This document shows positions 39,040 to 52,585 of a stretch of DNA of 64,000 nucleotides, in pieces. Each line of letters starts with the position of its first letter. Position 1 is the stretch's first letter. Source of the stretch: Octopus sinensis (lineage: Eukaryota); the NCBI RefSeq assembly GCF_006345805.1, contig NC_043014.1:8804001-8868000 (forward strand), in the 5' to 3' direction. The notes under the pieces are model-generated. The model was given only the letters and a program-made list of their open reading frames with translations, had not been told where the DNA came from and made no database searches. Position numbers and translations under genes: made by a program.

Positions 39040-42000
39040 GGTATCCGACTCCCTACGAAAATACGAAATACGAAATATGAATCCAAGCTAAGCAATCTAT
39101 ATTTAATTTCAACCCGTGTACCTACTTAACTATCTGCAACTGATCTGATCTTTTAGTTAGCCCTGTTTTATCTCTATTAGTATTATTGTTATGACTTGTG
39201 AAATTTAGCCTCACGCCTTGTGTCTTTTTATATGTACATATAATTCTAATTCTATAGTTCATCTTAATTATATATCGTTGTCTCATGTCTGTGTTTAAAT
39301 ATATATTTAATCTTAAAGCTTGCCCCTAATTTTATTTTATTTTATTTTATCGATCAGTCTCACGCCTCGTAGATATAGAATAAATGTATTTATAATTTAT
39401 AGCTCCTTATCGTCCACGCTTCTCCCATAGGTTAGGCAAAATTTAGGTATTTATTTATAGCTACTAATAACTATTTCTCTCCCAAGGAAGGAAGAAATGG
39501 CTGCCGCCGATTCTTGGTGGGCCACGACCCCCCCCCGTTCCTCTTCAATTGTCTTATATCTCTTTCGATCGCCATTCGCCCCCCCCCTTTCTCCGCCACC
39601 CTATATGCATATAAACCAGCGACTGATTTCAACGGCCTCACTTGAATTCAGACTGGTATCCGACTCCCTACGAAAATACGAAATACGAAATATGAATCCA
39701 AGCTAAGCAATCTATATTTAATTTCAACCCGTGTACCTACTTAACTATCTGCAACTGATCTGATCTTTTAGTTAGCCCTGTTTTATCTCTATTAGTATTA
39801 TTGTTATGACTTGTGAAATTTAGCCTCACGCCTTGTGTCTTTTTATATGTACATATAATTCTAATTCTATAGTTCATCTTAATTATATATCGTTGTCTCA
39901 TGTCTTGTGTTAAATATATATTTAATCTTAAAGCTTGCCCCTAATTTTATTTTATTTTATCGATCAGTCTCACGCCTCGTAGATATAGAATAAATGTATT
40001 TATAATTTATAGCTCCTTATCGTCCACGCTTCTCCCATAGGTTAGGCAAAATTTAGGTATTTATTTATAGCTACTAATAACTATTTCTCTCCCAAGGAAG
40101 GAAGAAATGGCTGCCGGCCGATTCTTGGTGGGCCACGACCCCCCCCCGTTCCTCTTCAATTGTCTTATATCTCTTTCGATCGCCATTCGCCCCCCCCCTT
40201 TCTCCGCCACCCTATATGCATATAAACCAGCGACTGATTTCAACGGCCTCACTTGAATTCAGACTGGTATCCGACTCCCTACGAAAATACGAAATACGAA
40301 ATATGAATCCAAGCTAAGCAATCTATATTTAATTTCAACCCGTGTACCTACTTAACTATCTGCAACTGATCTGATCTTTTAGTTAGCCCTGTTTTATCTC
40401 TATTAGTATTATTGTTATGACTTGTGAAATTTAGCCTCACGCCTTGTGTTTTTATATGTACATATAATTCTAATTCTATAGTTCATCTTAATTATATATC
40501 GTTGTCTCATGTCTTGTGTTAAATATATATTTAATCTTAAAGCTTGCCCCTAATTTTATTTTATTTTATTTTATCGATCAGTCTCACGCCTCGTAGATAT
40601 AGAATAAATGTATTTATAATTTATAGCTCCTTATCGTCCACGCTTCTCCCATAGGTTAGGCAAAATTTAGGTATTTATTTATAGCTACTAATAACTATTT
40701 CTCTCCCAAGGAAGGAAGAAATGGCTGCCGGCCGATTCTTGGTGGGCCACGACCCCCCCCCCGTTCCTCTTCAATTGTCTTATATCTCTTTCGATCGCCA
40801 TTCGCCCCCCCCTTTCTCCGCCACCCTATATGCATATAAACCAGCGACTGATTTCAACGGCCTCACTTGAATTCAGACTGGTATCCGACTCCCTACGAAA
40901 ATACGAAATACGAAATATGAATCCAAGCTAAGCAATCTATATTTAATTTCAACCCGTGTACCTACTTAACTATCTGCAACTGATCTGATCTTTTAGTTAG
41001 CCCTGTTTTATCTCTATTAGTATTATTGTTATGACTTGTGAAATTTAGCCTCACGCCTTGTGTCTTTTTATATGTACATATAATTCTAATTCTATAGTTC
41101 ATCTTAATTATATATCGTTGTCTCATGTCTTGTGTTAAATATATATTAATCTTAAAGCTTGCCCCTAATTTTATTTATTATTTATCGATCAGTCTCACGC
41201 CTCGTAGATATAGAATAAATGTATTTATAATTTATAGCTCCTTATCGTCCACGCTTCTCCCATAGGTTAGGCAAAATTTAGGTATTTATTTATAGCTACT
41301 AATAACTATTTCTCTCCCAAGGAAGGAAGAAATGGCTGCCGGCCGATTCTTGGTGGGCCACGACCCCCCCCCCCCCCGTTCCTCTTCAATTGTCTTATAT
41401 CTCTTTCGATCGCCATTCGCCCCCCCCTTTCTCCGCCACCCTATATGCATATAAACCAGCGACTGATTTCAACGGCCTCACTTGAATTCAGACTGGTATC
41501 CGACTCCCTACGAAAATACGAAATACGAAATATGAATCCAAGCTAAGCAATCTATATTTAATTTCAACCCGTGTACCTACTTAACTATCTGCAACTGATC
41601 TGATCTTTTAGTTAGCCCTGTTTTATCTCTATTAGTATTATTGTTATGACTTGTGAAATTTAGCCTCACGCCTTGTGTCTTTTTATATGTACATAATTCT
41701 AATTCTATAGTTCATCTTAATTTATATCGTTGTCTCATGTCTTGTGTTAAATATATATTTAATCTTAAAGCTTGCCCCTAATTTTATTTTATTTTATTTT
41801 ATCGATCAGTCTCACGCCTCGTAGATATAGAATAAATGTATTTATAATTTATAGCTCCTTATCGTCCACGCTTCTCCCATAGGTTAGGCAAAATTTAGGT
41901 ATTTATTTATAGCTACTAATAACTATTTCTCTCCCAAGGAAGGAAGAAATGGCTGCCGGCCGATTCTTGGTGGGCCACGACCCCCCCCGTTCCTCTTCAA

Positions 42001-45000
42001 TTGTCTATCTCTTTCGATCGCCATTCGCCCCCCCCTTTCTCCGCCACCCTATATGCATATAAACCAGCGACTGATTTCAACGGCCTCACTTGAATTCAGA
42101 CTGGTATCCGACTCCCTACGAAAATACGAAATACGAAATATGAATCCAAGCTAAGCAATCTATATTTAATTTCAACCCGTGTACCTACTTAACTATCTGC
42201 AACTGATCTGATCTTTTAGTTAGCCCTGTTTTATCTCTATTAGTATTATTGTTATGACTTGTGAAATTTAGCCTCACGCCTTGTGTCTTTTTATATGTAC
42301 ATATAATTCTAATTCTATAGTTCATCTTAATTATATATCGTTGTCTCATGTCTTGTGTTAAATATATATTTAATCTTAAAGCTTGCCCCTAATATTTATT
42401 TTATTTTATCGATCAGTCTCACGCCTCGTAGATATAGAATAAATGTATTTATAATTTATAGCTCCTTATCGTCCACGCTTCTCCCATAGGTTAGGCAAAA
42501 TTTAGGTATTTATTTAGCTACTAATAACTATTTCTCTCCCAAGGAAGGAAGAAATGGCTGCCGGCCGATTCTTGGTGGGCCACGACCCCCCCCGTTCCTC
42601 TTCAATTGTCTTATATCTCTTTCGATCGCCATTCGCCCCCCCCTTTCTCCGCCACCCTATATGCATATAAACCAGCGACTGATTTCAACGGCCTCACTTG
42701 AATTCAGACTGGTATCCGACTCCCTACGAAAATACGAAATACGAAATATGAATCCAAGCTAAGCAATCTATATTTAATTTCAACCCGTGTACCTACTTAA
42801 CTATCTGCAACTGATCTGATCTTTTAGTTAGCCCTGTTTTATCTCTATTAGTATTATTGTTATGACTTGTGAAATTTAGCCTCACGCCTGTGTCTTTTTA
42901 TATGTACATATAATTCTAATTCTATAGTTCATCTTAATTATATATCGTTGTCTCATGTCTTGTGTTAAATATATATTTAATCTTAAAGCTTGCCCCTAAT
43001 TTTATTTTATTTTATTTTATCGATCAGTCTCACGCCTCGTAGATATAGAATAAATGTATTTATAATTTATAGCTCCTTATCGTCCACGCTTCTCCCATAG
43101 GTTAGGCAAAATTTAGGTATTTATTTATAGCTACTAATAACTATTTCTCTCCCAAGGAAGGAAGAATGGCTGCCGGCCGATTTGGTGGGCGCACGACCCC
43201 CCCCCCCCCCGTTCCTCTTCAATTGTCTTATATCTCTTTCGATCGCCATTCGCCCCCCCCTTTCTCCGCCACCCTATATGCATATAAACCAGCGACTGAT
43301 TTCAACGGCCTCACTTGAATTCAGACTGGTGTACTCCCTACGAAAATACGAAATACGAAATATGAATCCAAGCTAAGCAATCTATATTTAATTTCAACCC
43401 GTGTACCTACTTAACTATCTGCAACTGATCTGATCTTTTAGTTAGCCCTGTTTTATCTCTATTAGTATTATTGTTATGACTTGTGAAATTTAGCCTCACG
43501 CCTTGTGTCTTTTTATATGTACATATAATTCTAATTCTATAGTTCATCTTAATTATATATCGTTGTCTCATGTCTTGTGTTAAATATATATTTAATCTTA
43601 AAGCTTGCCCCTAATTTTATTTTATTTTATCGATCAGTCTCACGCCTCGTAGATATAGAATAAATGTATTTATAATTTATAGCTCCTTATCGTCCACGCT
43701 TCTCCCATAGGTTAGGCAAAATTTAGGTATTTTTATAGCTACTAATAACTATTTCTCTCCCAAGGAAGGAAGAAATGGCTGCCGGCCGATTCTTGGTGGG
43801 CCACGACCCCCCCCCGTTCCTCTTCAATTGTCTTATATCTCTTTCGATCGCCATTCGCCCCCCCCCTTTCTCGCCACCCTATATGCATATAAACCAGCGA
43901 CTGATTTCAACGGCCTCACTTGAATTCAGACTGGTATCCGACTCCCTACGAAAATACGAAATACGAAATATGAATCCAAGCTAAGCAATCTATATTTAAT
44001 TTCAACCCGTGTACCTACTTAACTATCTGCAACTGATCTGATCTTTTAGTTAGCCCTGTTTTATCTCTATTAGTATTATTGTTATGACTTGTGAAATTTA
44101 GCCTCACGCCTTGTGTCTTTTTATATGTACATATAATTCTAATTCTATAGTTCATCTTAATTATATCGTTGTCTCATGTCTTGTGTTAAATATATATTTA
44201 ATCTTAAAGCTTGCCCCTAATTTTATTTTATTTTATCGATCAGTCTCACGCCTCGTAGATATAGAATAAATGTATTTATTTTATAGCTCCTTATCGTCCA
44301 CGCTTCTCCCATAGGTTAGGCAAAATTTAGGTATTTATTTATAGCTACTAATAACTATTTCTCTCCCAAGGAAGAAGAAATGGCTGCCGGCCGATTCTTG
44401 GTGGGCCACGACCCCCCCCCCCCTCTTCAATTGTCTTATATCTCTTTCGATCGCCATTCGCCCCCCCCCTTTCTCCGCCACCCTATATGCATATAAACCA
44501 GCGACTGATTTCAACGGCCTCACTTGAATTCAGACTGGTATCCGACTCCCTACGAAAATACGAAATACGAAATATGAATCCAAGCTAAGCAATCTATATT
44601 TAATTTCAACCCGTGTACCTACTTAACTATCTGCAACTGATCTGATCTTTTAGTTAGCCCTGTTTTATCTCTATTAGTATTATTGTTATGACTTGTGAAA
44701 TTTAGCCTCACGCCTTGTGTCTTTTTATATGTACATATAATTCTAATTCTATAGTTCATCTTAATTATATATCGTTGTCTCATGTCTTGTGTTAAATATA
44801 TATTTAATCTTAAAGCTTGCCCCTAATTTTATTTTATTTTATCGATCAGTCTCACGCCTCGTAGATATAGAATAAATGTATTTATAATTTATAGCTCCTT
44901 ATCGTCCACGCTTCTCCCATAGGTTAGGCAAAATTTAGGTATTTATTATAGCTACTAATAACTATTTCTCTCCCAAGGAAGGAAGAAATGGCTGCCGGCC

Positions 45001-46785
45001 GATTCTTGGTGGGCCACGACCCCCCCCCGTTCCTCTTCAATTGTCTTATATCTCTTTCGATCGCCATTCGCCCCCCCTTTCTCCGCCACCCTATATGCAT
45101 ATAAACCAGCGACTGATTTCAACGGCCTCACTTGAATTCAGACTGGTATCCGACTCCCTACGAAAATACGAAATACGAAATATGAATCCAAGCTAAGCAA
45201 TCTATATTTAATTTCAACCCGTGTACCTACTTAACTATCTGCAACTGATCTGATCTTTTAGTTAGCCCTGTTTTATCTCTATTAGTATTATTGTTATGAC
45301 TTGTGAAATTTAGCCTCACGCCTTGTGTCTTTTTATATGTACATATAATTCTAATTCTATAGTTCATCTTAATTATATATCGTTGTCTCATGTCTTGTGT
45401 TAAATATATATTTAATCTTAAAGCTTGCCCCTAATTTTATTTTATTTTATTTTATCGATCAGTCTCACGCCTCGTAGATATAGAATAAATGTATTTATAA
45501 TTTATAGCTCCTTATCGTCCACGCTTCTCCCATAGGTTAGGCAAAATTTAGGTATTTATTTATAGCTACTAATAACTATTTCTCTCCCAAGGAAGGAAGA
45601 AATGGCTGCCGGCCGATTCTTGGTGGGCCACGACCCCCCCCGTTCCTCTTCAATTGTCTTATCTCTTTCGATCGCCATTCGCCCCCCCCTTTCTCCGCCA
45701 CCCTATATGCATATAAACCAGCGACTGATTTCAACGGCCTCACTTGAATTCAGACTGGTATCCGACTCCCTACGAAAATACGAAATATGAATCCAAGCTA
45801 AGCAATCTATTTAATTTCAACCCGTGTACCTACTTAACTATCTGCAACTGATCTGATCTTTTAGTTAGCCCTGTTTTATCTCTATTAGTATTATTGTTAT
45901 GACTTGTGAAATTTAGCCTCACGCCTTGTGTCTTTTTATATGTACATATAATTCTAATTCTATAGTTCATCTTAATTATATATCGTTGTCTCATGTCTTG
46001 TGTTAAATATATATTTAATCTTAAAGCTTGCCCCTAATTTTATTTTATTTTATTTTATCGATCAGTCTCACGCCTCGTAGATATAGAATAAATGTATTTA
46101 TAATTTATAGCTCCTTATCGTCCACGCTTCTCCCATAGGTAGGCAAAATTTAGGTATTTATTTATAGCTACTAATAACTATTTCTCTCCCAAGGAAGGAA
46201 GAAATGGCTGCCGGCCGATTCTTGGTGGGCCACGACCCCCCCCGTTCCTCTTCAATTGTCTTATATCTCTTTCGATCGCCATTCGCCCCCCCCCCCTTCT
46301 CTGCCACCCTATATGCATATAAACCAGCGACTGATTTCAACGGCCTCACTTGAATTCAGACTGGTATCCGACTCCCTACGAAAATACGAAATACGAAATA
46401 TGAATCCAAGCTAAGCAATCTATATTTAATTTCAACCCGTGTACCTACTTAACTATCTGCAACTGATCTGATCTTTTAGTTAGCCCTGTTTTATCTCTAT
46501 TAGTATTATTGTTATGACTTGTGAAATTTAGCCTCACGCCTTGTGTCTTTTTTATGTACATATAATTCTAATTCTATAGTTCATCTTAATTATATATCGT
46601 TGTCTCATGTCTTGTGTTAAATATATATTTAATCTTAAAGCTTGCCCCTAATTTTATTTTATTTTATCGATCAGTCTCACGCCTCGTAGATATAGAATAA
46701 ATGTATTTATAATTTATAGCTCCTTATCGTCCACGCTTCTCCCATAGGTTAGGCAAAATTTAGGTATTTATTTATAGCTACTAGC
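39040..46785 (+). repeat. Array B: 12 full and 1 partial tandem copies of a ~604-617-bp unit
   Basis: The unit marker (ggtatcc; variant ggtgtac at 43328) recurs at 39040, 39655, 40266, 40880, 41495, 42103, 42711, 43328, 43933, 44537, 45145, 45757 and 46363; variation is mostly homopolymer indels. Confidence 0.96.
39495..39645 (+). promoter_or_regulatory. Putative Pol II core promoter in each array B unit (first instance)
   Basis: YY1-like AAATGGCTGCC at 39495, C-rich GC-box-like runs, TATAAA at 39610-15 and Inr-like TCACTT whose A (39640) is exactly 30 nt downstream; AATAAA follows at 39989. Motif-based only. Confidence 0.45.
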
Positions 46786-49700
46786 CCGGTTTTCGCGGTG
46801 CACCCGCCCTCCCACCCCCACCACCGGTACAGGAAGTCCTAAATTTTTCTCATCCTTGTCTCCCTTATACACTCAAAGTCTTACGCCACCCCCACCTCCT
46901 TCCATAAAAGTGTTCAGTGCAAGATATGTTTAGTGTTGTATACGAGGTTTGAACTTAAGTTCCATTGTTTGTCTATGAATACTGCCAAACGCGAGTTTTC
47001 TTTTCAGGTACATGACGCTATTAGGACCAATACCACTTCCACCCCCACCCACAGCCTCAGGGTTGGCACCCTCAACGTCGGCACACTGAAAGGCAGATCT
47101 GGCGAGATAGTTGAATTGCTTGAACGGAGGGGTTGATATATGCTGCATTCAAGAAGTGAGGTGGAGAGGAGGTTCTGCTAGGTTCCTCACAGGCAAAGGA
47201 CAGAGGTACAAGATTTTCTGGGCTGGGAATACTGACGGAGTCGGGGGTGTGGGCATGCTTATCGCCGAAAAATGGGTAGATAAGGTAATCGAGGTAGTCA
47301 GAGTAAGTGACAGAATAATTAAGATTAGATTAGTGCTCCACCATAGTTTAGCAACTATTATATCGGCCTATGCCCCTCAGCCAGGGCTACCTGATGGACA
47401 GAAAGACTGTTTCTATGACACCCTACTGCAGACCACATCATTGACGAACGACAGGGACCTTCTCTTTGTGGCTGGTGACTTCAATGGGCATGTTGGACGA
47501 CGTGCTGGGGGCTTCCATGGCGTGCATGGAGGCTACGGTTATGGTTCCCGCAACGAGGAGGGAACCAGGCTGCTGGAGTTCTGCGATGCGAATAGTCTTA
47601 TGATTTGCAACACTAACTTCAGGAAACCGACAAGCCACCTGGTCACCTACCGATCGGGCCGGCATACTAGCCAAATCGACTACATCCTTGCCAGAAAAAG
47701 GGAAAGATGGCTGCTTATAAATGCCAAAACCTTCCCAAGTGAAGAATGCACCCCACAACATAGACTGGTAGTTAGTGACTTTAGGATCAGGACTAAGAGG
47801 GCGACTAGAAGACGACCAACATGGAGAAGAAGGGTCTGGAAGCTTAAAGACCCTGCGAATGGACAGAGATTTAGAGATATGTTATTTGAAGCTTTAGACG
47901 AAATGGAAGGGAGTATAGCTACGCATGGGGTAGAAGACAACTGGACGCTTCTGAGGGACAACCTGCTGAAAGCCGCTGACCAGATCTGTGGCTGGTGCAA
48001 AGTCCCCTTAAGACCCAAAATAACGTGGTGGTGGAACAATATTGTTGACAGGGCTATTAGACAAAAGAAACAGGCTTGGAAGGCCTGGAAGAACGGTGGT
48101 AGCAGGGAAGTGTATCAGTCTGCCAGAAGGGAAGCCAGGAGACAGGTCTATCTAGCCAGAGGGGAAGCAGAGAAGGAAAAATTTGCCAATGTCCTGCGTC
48201 GTGAGGATGAAAGACTTGAGGTATTTCGTGTTGCAAGACAGTGTGTGAGAGAGAATCGTGACGTGGTAGGAGAGAAATGTGTTCGCAAGGAGGACGGTTC
48301 ACTTGCACTTAATGAGGGTGCAAAGAGAGAGACTTGGAGACGCCACTATGATAGGTTGCTGAATGAAGAAAATGAATGGGATAAAGAGAGTCTGCCGAAT
48401 GTCGACCCAACAGAGGGACCAGCAATCCGAGTAACAGTTCCTTAGTAGAGTGGCAATTAGAAGCATGAAAACAGGGAAAGCCCCAGGCCCATCAGGAATT
48501 ACTGCAGAGATGCTCAAAATATCTGGTGGTGTCGGCTATAGCTTAGTCACCCGTATAGTTAACCAGGTGATACACGAGGGGGTCATACCCAATGACTGGT
48601 GTAGCAGCATAATAGTCAACTGCTACAAAGGTAAAGGCGACGCCCTAGAGACAAATAACTACAGGGGCATCAAGCTGCTGGATCAGGTAATGAAGGTTAC
48701 GGAGAGGGTTGTAGCCGAACTAATTAGAGAGAGAGTTACCTTAGATGATATGCAGTTTGGGTTCGTGCCAGGGAAAAGTACTACTGATGCTATATTCCTG
48801 GTAAGACAGCTGCAGGAGAAATACCTAGCCAAAGATAAGCCCTTGTACCTGGCTTTTGTTGACTTGGAGAAAGCCTTTGACAGGGTCCCCCGGTCCCTTA
48901 TCTGGTGGTCAATGAGGAAACTAGGGATAGAAGAATGGTTGGTGAGAGCTGTGCAAGCCATGTACAGAGACGCTGCTAGTAAGGTGAGGGTGGGCAACGA
49001 GTACAGTGAAGAATTCCGGGTAGAGGTTGGGGTCCACCAAGGTTCAGTCCTCAGTCCCCTCCTATTTATCATAGTCCTCCAGGCAATAACGGAGGAATTC
49101 AAGACAGGTTGCCCCTGGGAGCTCCTCTATGCTGATGACCTTGCTCTAATTGCTGAGTCACTATCAGAACTGGAGGAGAAGTTCCAGGTGTGGAAACAAG
49201 GATTAGAATCGAAGGGCCTTAGAATCAACCTAGCCAAAACCAAAGTTCTAATAAGTAGGAAGGTAGATCAATCACAAACGCCTTCAGGTAGATGGCCCTG
49301 CTCGATCTGTAAAAAAGGTGTAGGTAGAAACTCTATAAGATGCACCAAGTGTAAGCTATGGACACATAAGAGGTGCAGCAATGTCAAAGGAAGGCTAACT
49401 AGGAAAATAGTTTTTGTCTGTGGCAAATGCTCAGGAGCAATAAACACTGGAATATGCAGAGACCAACTTCTGCCACGTTCCAGGGAGACAAACTAGAAGT
49501 AGTTGATAGCTTCCGCTACCTAGGAGACCAAGTCAGTAGCGGGGGTGGGTGTGCTGAAAGTGTAACTGCTAGAGTAAGAATAGCCTGGGCAAAGTTTAGA
49601 GAGCTCTTACCCCTGCTGGTGACAAAAGGCCTCTCGCTCAGAGTAAAAGGCAGACTGTATGATGCATGTGTACGTACAGCCATGCTACATGGTAGTGAAA

Positions 49701-51767
49701 CATGGGCCGTGACTGCTGAGGATATGCGTAAGCTCGCAAGAAATGAAGCCAGTATGCTCCGATGGATGTGTAATGTCAGTGTTCATAATCGTCAGAGTGT
49801 AAGTTCCTGAGAGAAAAGCTGAACCTAAGAAGCGTCAGTTGTGGCGTGCAAGAGAGACGGCTGCGCTGGTATGGTCATGTGACAAGAAAGGCTGAAGATA
49901 GTTGTGTGCAAAAGTGCTACACCCTAGCAGTGGAGGGAACCTGTGGAAGAGGTAGACCCAGGAAAACCTGGGACGAGGTGGTGAAGCACGACCTTCGAAC
50001 TTTAGGTCTCACTAAGGAAATGTCTAGAGACCGAGACCTATGGAAGTATGCTGTGCATGAGAAGACCCGGCAAGACTAGTCAGGCCATAACCCGTGGCCC
50101 CGACCTGGGACGTAGTCAGTCCTGTGCATACCTTCCTTCTTGTGACACTTATGAAGACCTGTTGAGGCAAGTGAAAATCAAATCAAATCAAAACAAATCA
50201 AAATAGATGAACATCAGTGGAATTGTATTCTTTGTGGTACCAGTGCCGGTGGCACACAAGAAAACCACCCAAACGTGGCCGTAACCAGTACCGCATCGAC
50301 TGGCCTCGCCTCCGTGCTGTGGGCACAACAAACACCATCCGATCGTGGCCGTTCGCCAGCCTCATTGGCACCTGTGCCGGTGGCACATAAAGACACCATC
50401 CGAAGACCCGGCGACGTAGTCAGTCCACCTGTGCATACCTTCCCTCTTATGACACTTGTGAAGACCTGTTGAGGCAAGTGTGTGACACTTGTGAAGACCT
50501 GTTGAGGCAAGTGAAAATCAAACCAAATCAAAATAGATGAATATCAATGGAATTTGTATCTTTGTGGTTCCAGTACCGGTGGCACACAAGAAAACCATCC
50601 GAAGTGGCCGTAGCTGGTACCGCATCGACTGGCCTCCGTGCTGTGGGCACAACAAACACCATCTGATCGTGGCCGTTCGCCAGCCTCACCTGGCACCTGT
50701 GTCGGTGGCACATAAAAACACCATCCAAAGACCCGGCGACGTAGTCAGTCCACCTGTGCATACCTTCCCTCTTATGACACTTGTGAAGACCTGTTGAGGC
50801 AGAGGCAAGTGTGTGACACTTTGTGAAGACCTGTTGAGGCAGAGGCAAGTGTGTGACACTTGTGGAGACGACTGTTGAGGCAAGTGTGTGACACGCGTGA
50901 CACTTGTGAAGACCTGTTGAGGCAAGTGAAAATCAAACCAAATCAAAATAGATGAACATCAATGGAATTTGTATCTTTGTGGTTCCAGTACCGGTGGCAC
51001 ACAAGAAAACCATCCGATCGTGGCCGTTCGCCAGCCACATCTGGCACCTGTGTCGGTGGCACATAAAGACATCCGAAGACCCGGCGACGTAGACAGTCCA
51101 CCTGTGCATACCTTCCTCCTTGTGACACTTGTGAAGACCTGTTGAGGCAAGTGACACTTGTGAAGACCTGTTGAGGCAAGTGAAAATCAAATCAAATCAA
51201 AACAAATCAAAATAGATGAGCATAAATGGAATTTGTATCTTTGTGGTACCAGTGCCGGTGGCACACAAGAAAATCATCCGAACGTGGCCGTAGCCAGTAC
51301 CGCATAGACTGGCCTCCGTGCTTTGGGGACGTAACAAACACCATCCGATCGTGGCCGTCCGCCAGCCTCATCTGGCACCTGTGTCGGTGGCACATAAAAA
51401 CACCATCCGAGCGTGGCCGTCTGCCAGCCTCATCTGGCACCTGTGTCGGTGGCACATAAAAACACCATCCGAGCGTGGCCGTCTGCCAGCCTCGTCTGGC
51501 ACCTGTGTCGGTGGTGGCACATAAAAACACCATCCGAGCGTGGCCGTTCGCCAGCCTCGTCTGGCACCTGTGTCGGTGGCACATAAAATCACCCACTACA
51601 CTCTCGGAGTGGTTGGCGTTAGGAAGGGCATCCAGCTGTAGAAACACTGCCAGATCTGACTGGCCTGGTGCAGCCTTCGGGCTCCCCAGACCCCAGTTGA
51701 ACCGTCCAACCCATGCTAGCATGGAAAACGGACGCTAAATGATGATGATGATGATGATGATTGATGA
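46783..51767 (+). mobile_element. Near full-length RTE-clade LINE (APE endonuclease, RT, Cys/His finger; long 3' UTR; (GAT)n tail)
   Basis: ATG at ~46975; LRVGTLNVG..QEVRW and GDFNGHVG APE motifs; RT motifs FVDLEKAFDRV, GVHQGSVLSPLLF, LYADDL; CxxC..CxxC..HxxC..CxxC insert; C-terminal RWYGHV..RGRPRKTW; about 4 frameshifts (near 47130, 48435, 49460, 49810); ends ggacgctaaa(tga)n. Confidence 0.95.
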
Positions 51768-52435
51768 TATGTATATATATATATATGTATATATATAGTT
51801 ATATATATATATATGTATATATATTGTATATATATGTATATATATATATATTGTATTATATAATATATATAGTGATATATATGTTGTAATATATGTATAT
51901 ATATGTGTATATATAGTATAATATGTGATATATATGTAATATATATGTATATAATATATATATGTATATATGTGTATATATGTATAATATGTGTAATATA
52001 TGTATATATATATATATGTATATATATGTGTATAATATGTATAGAATATGTATATATATGTATATATATGTATATATAGTAATATATGTATGTATATATA
52101 TATGTATATATATGTATATATATGTATATATATGTATATATATGTATATATATGTATATATTGTATATATATAATGTATATATATGTATATATATATAAT
52201 GTATATATATGTATAATATATTGTATATATATGTAGTATATATATGTAATATATGTTTATATGTGTATATATATATGTATGTGTATATATATTGTATATA
52301 TATGTATATATATATATGTATATATATGTATGTATGTGTATATAATGTATGTGATATATATATGATAATATATGTATATATGTATGTATATATGTATGTA
52401 TATATGTATGTATATATGTGTATATATAATATATG

Positions 52436-52466
<31 letters not shown>

Positions 52467-52472
52467 GTATAT
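51768..52472. repeat. Compound (TA)n/(TATG)n microsatellite
   Basis: Seen directly. Confidence 0.97.
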
Positions 52473-52585
52473 AAAATTGAGGAGAGGAGAAAAATTTTCT
52501 CTTGTCTCTTTAGACTTCCTTTGTCATGAGTCTGACTCCTTCTGTCGTGGGTTCAATTGTCAGTTCATCTGTTTTTCACATAAAT

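Noticed and set aside
39040-46785. Ribozyme or coding unit within array B
   Set aside because: No CUGANGA on either strand; a minus-strand GGCGAAUGG resembles HDV J4/2 but no P1/P3/L3/P1.1 could be built; the 62-69 aa ORFs change frame between copies.
36412-46785. CRISPR-like array interpretation
   Set aside because: Units are 535 and 612 bp and fully repeated, with no unique spacers or cas genes, in a eukaryotic intron.
46783-46975. HDV-like ribozyme at the RTE 5' end (known in some RTE elements), or a minus-strand Helitron end at actagcccgg
   Set aside because: I could not assemble the nested double pseudoknot; no matching Helitron 5' end or convincing hairpin.
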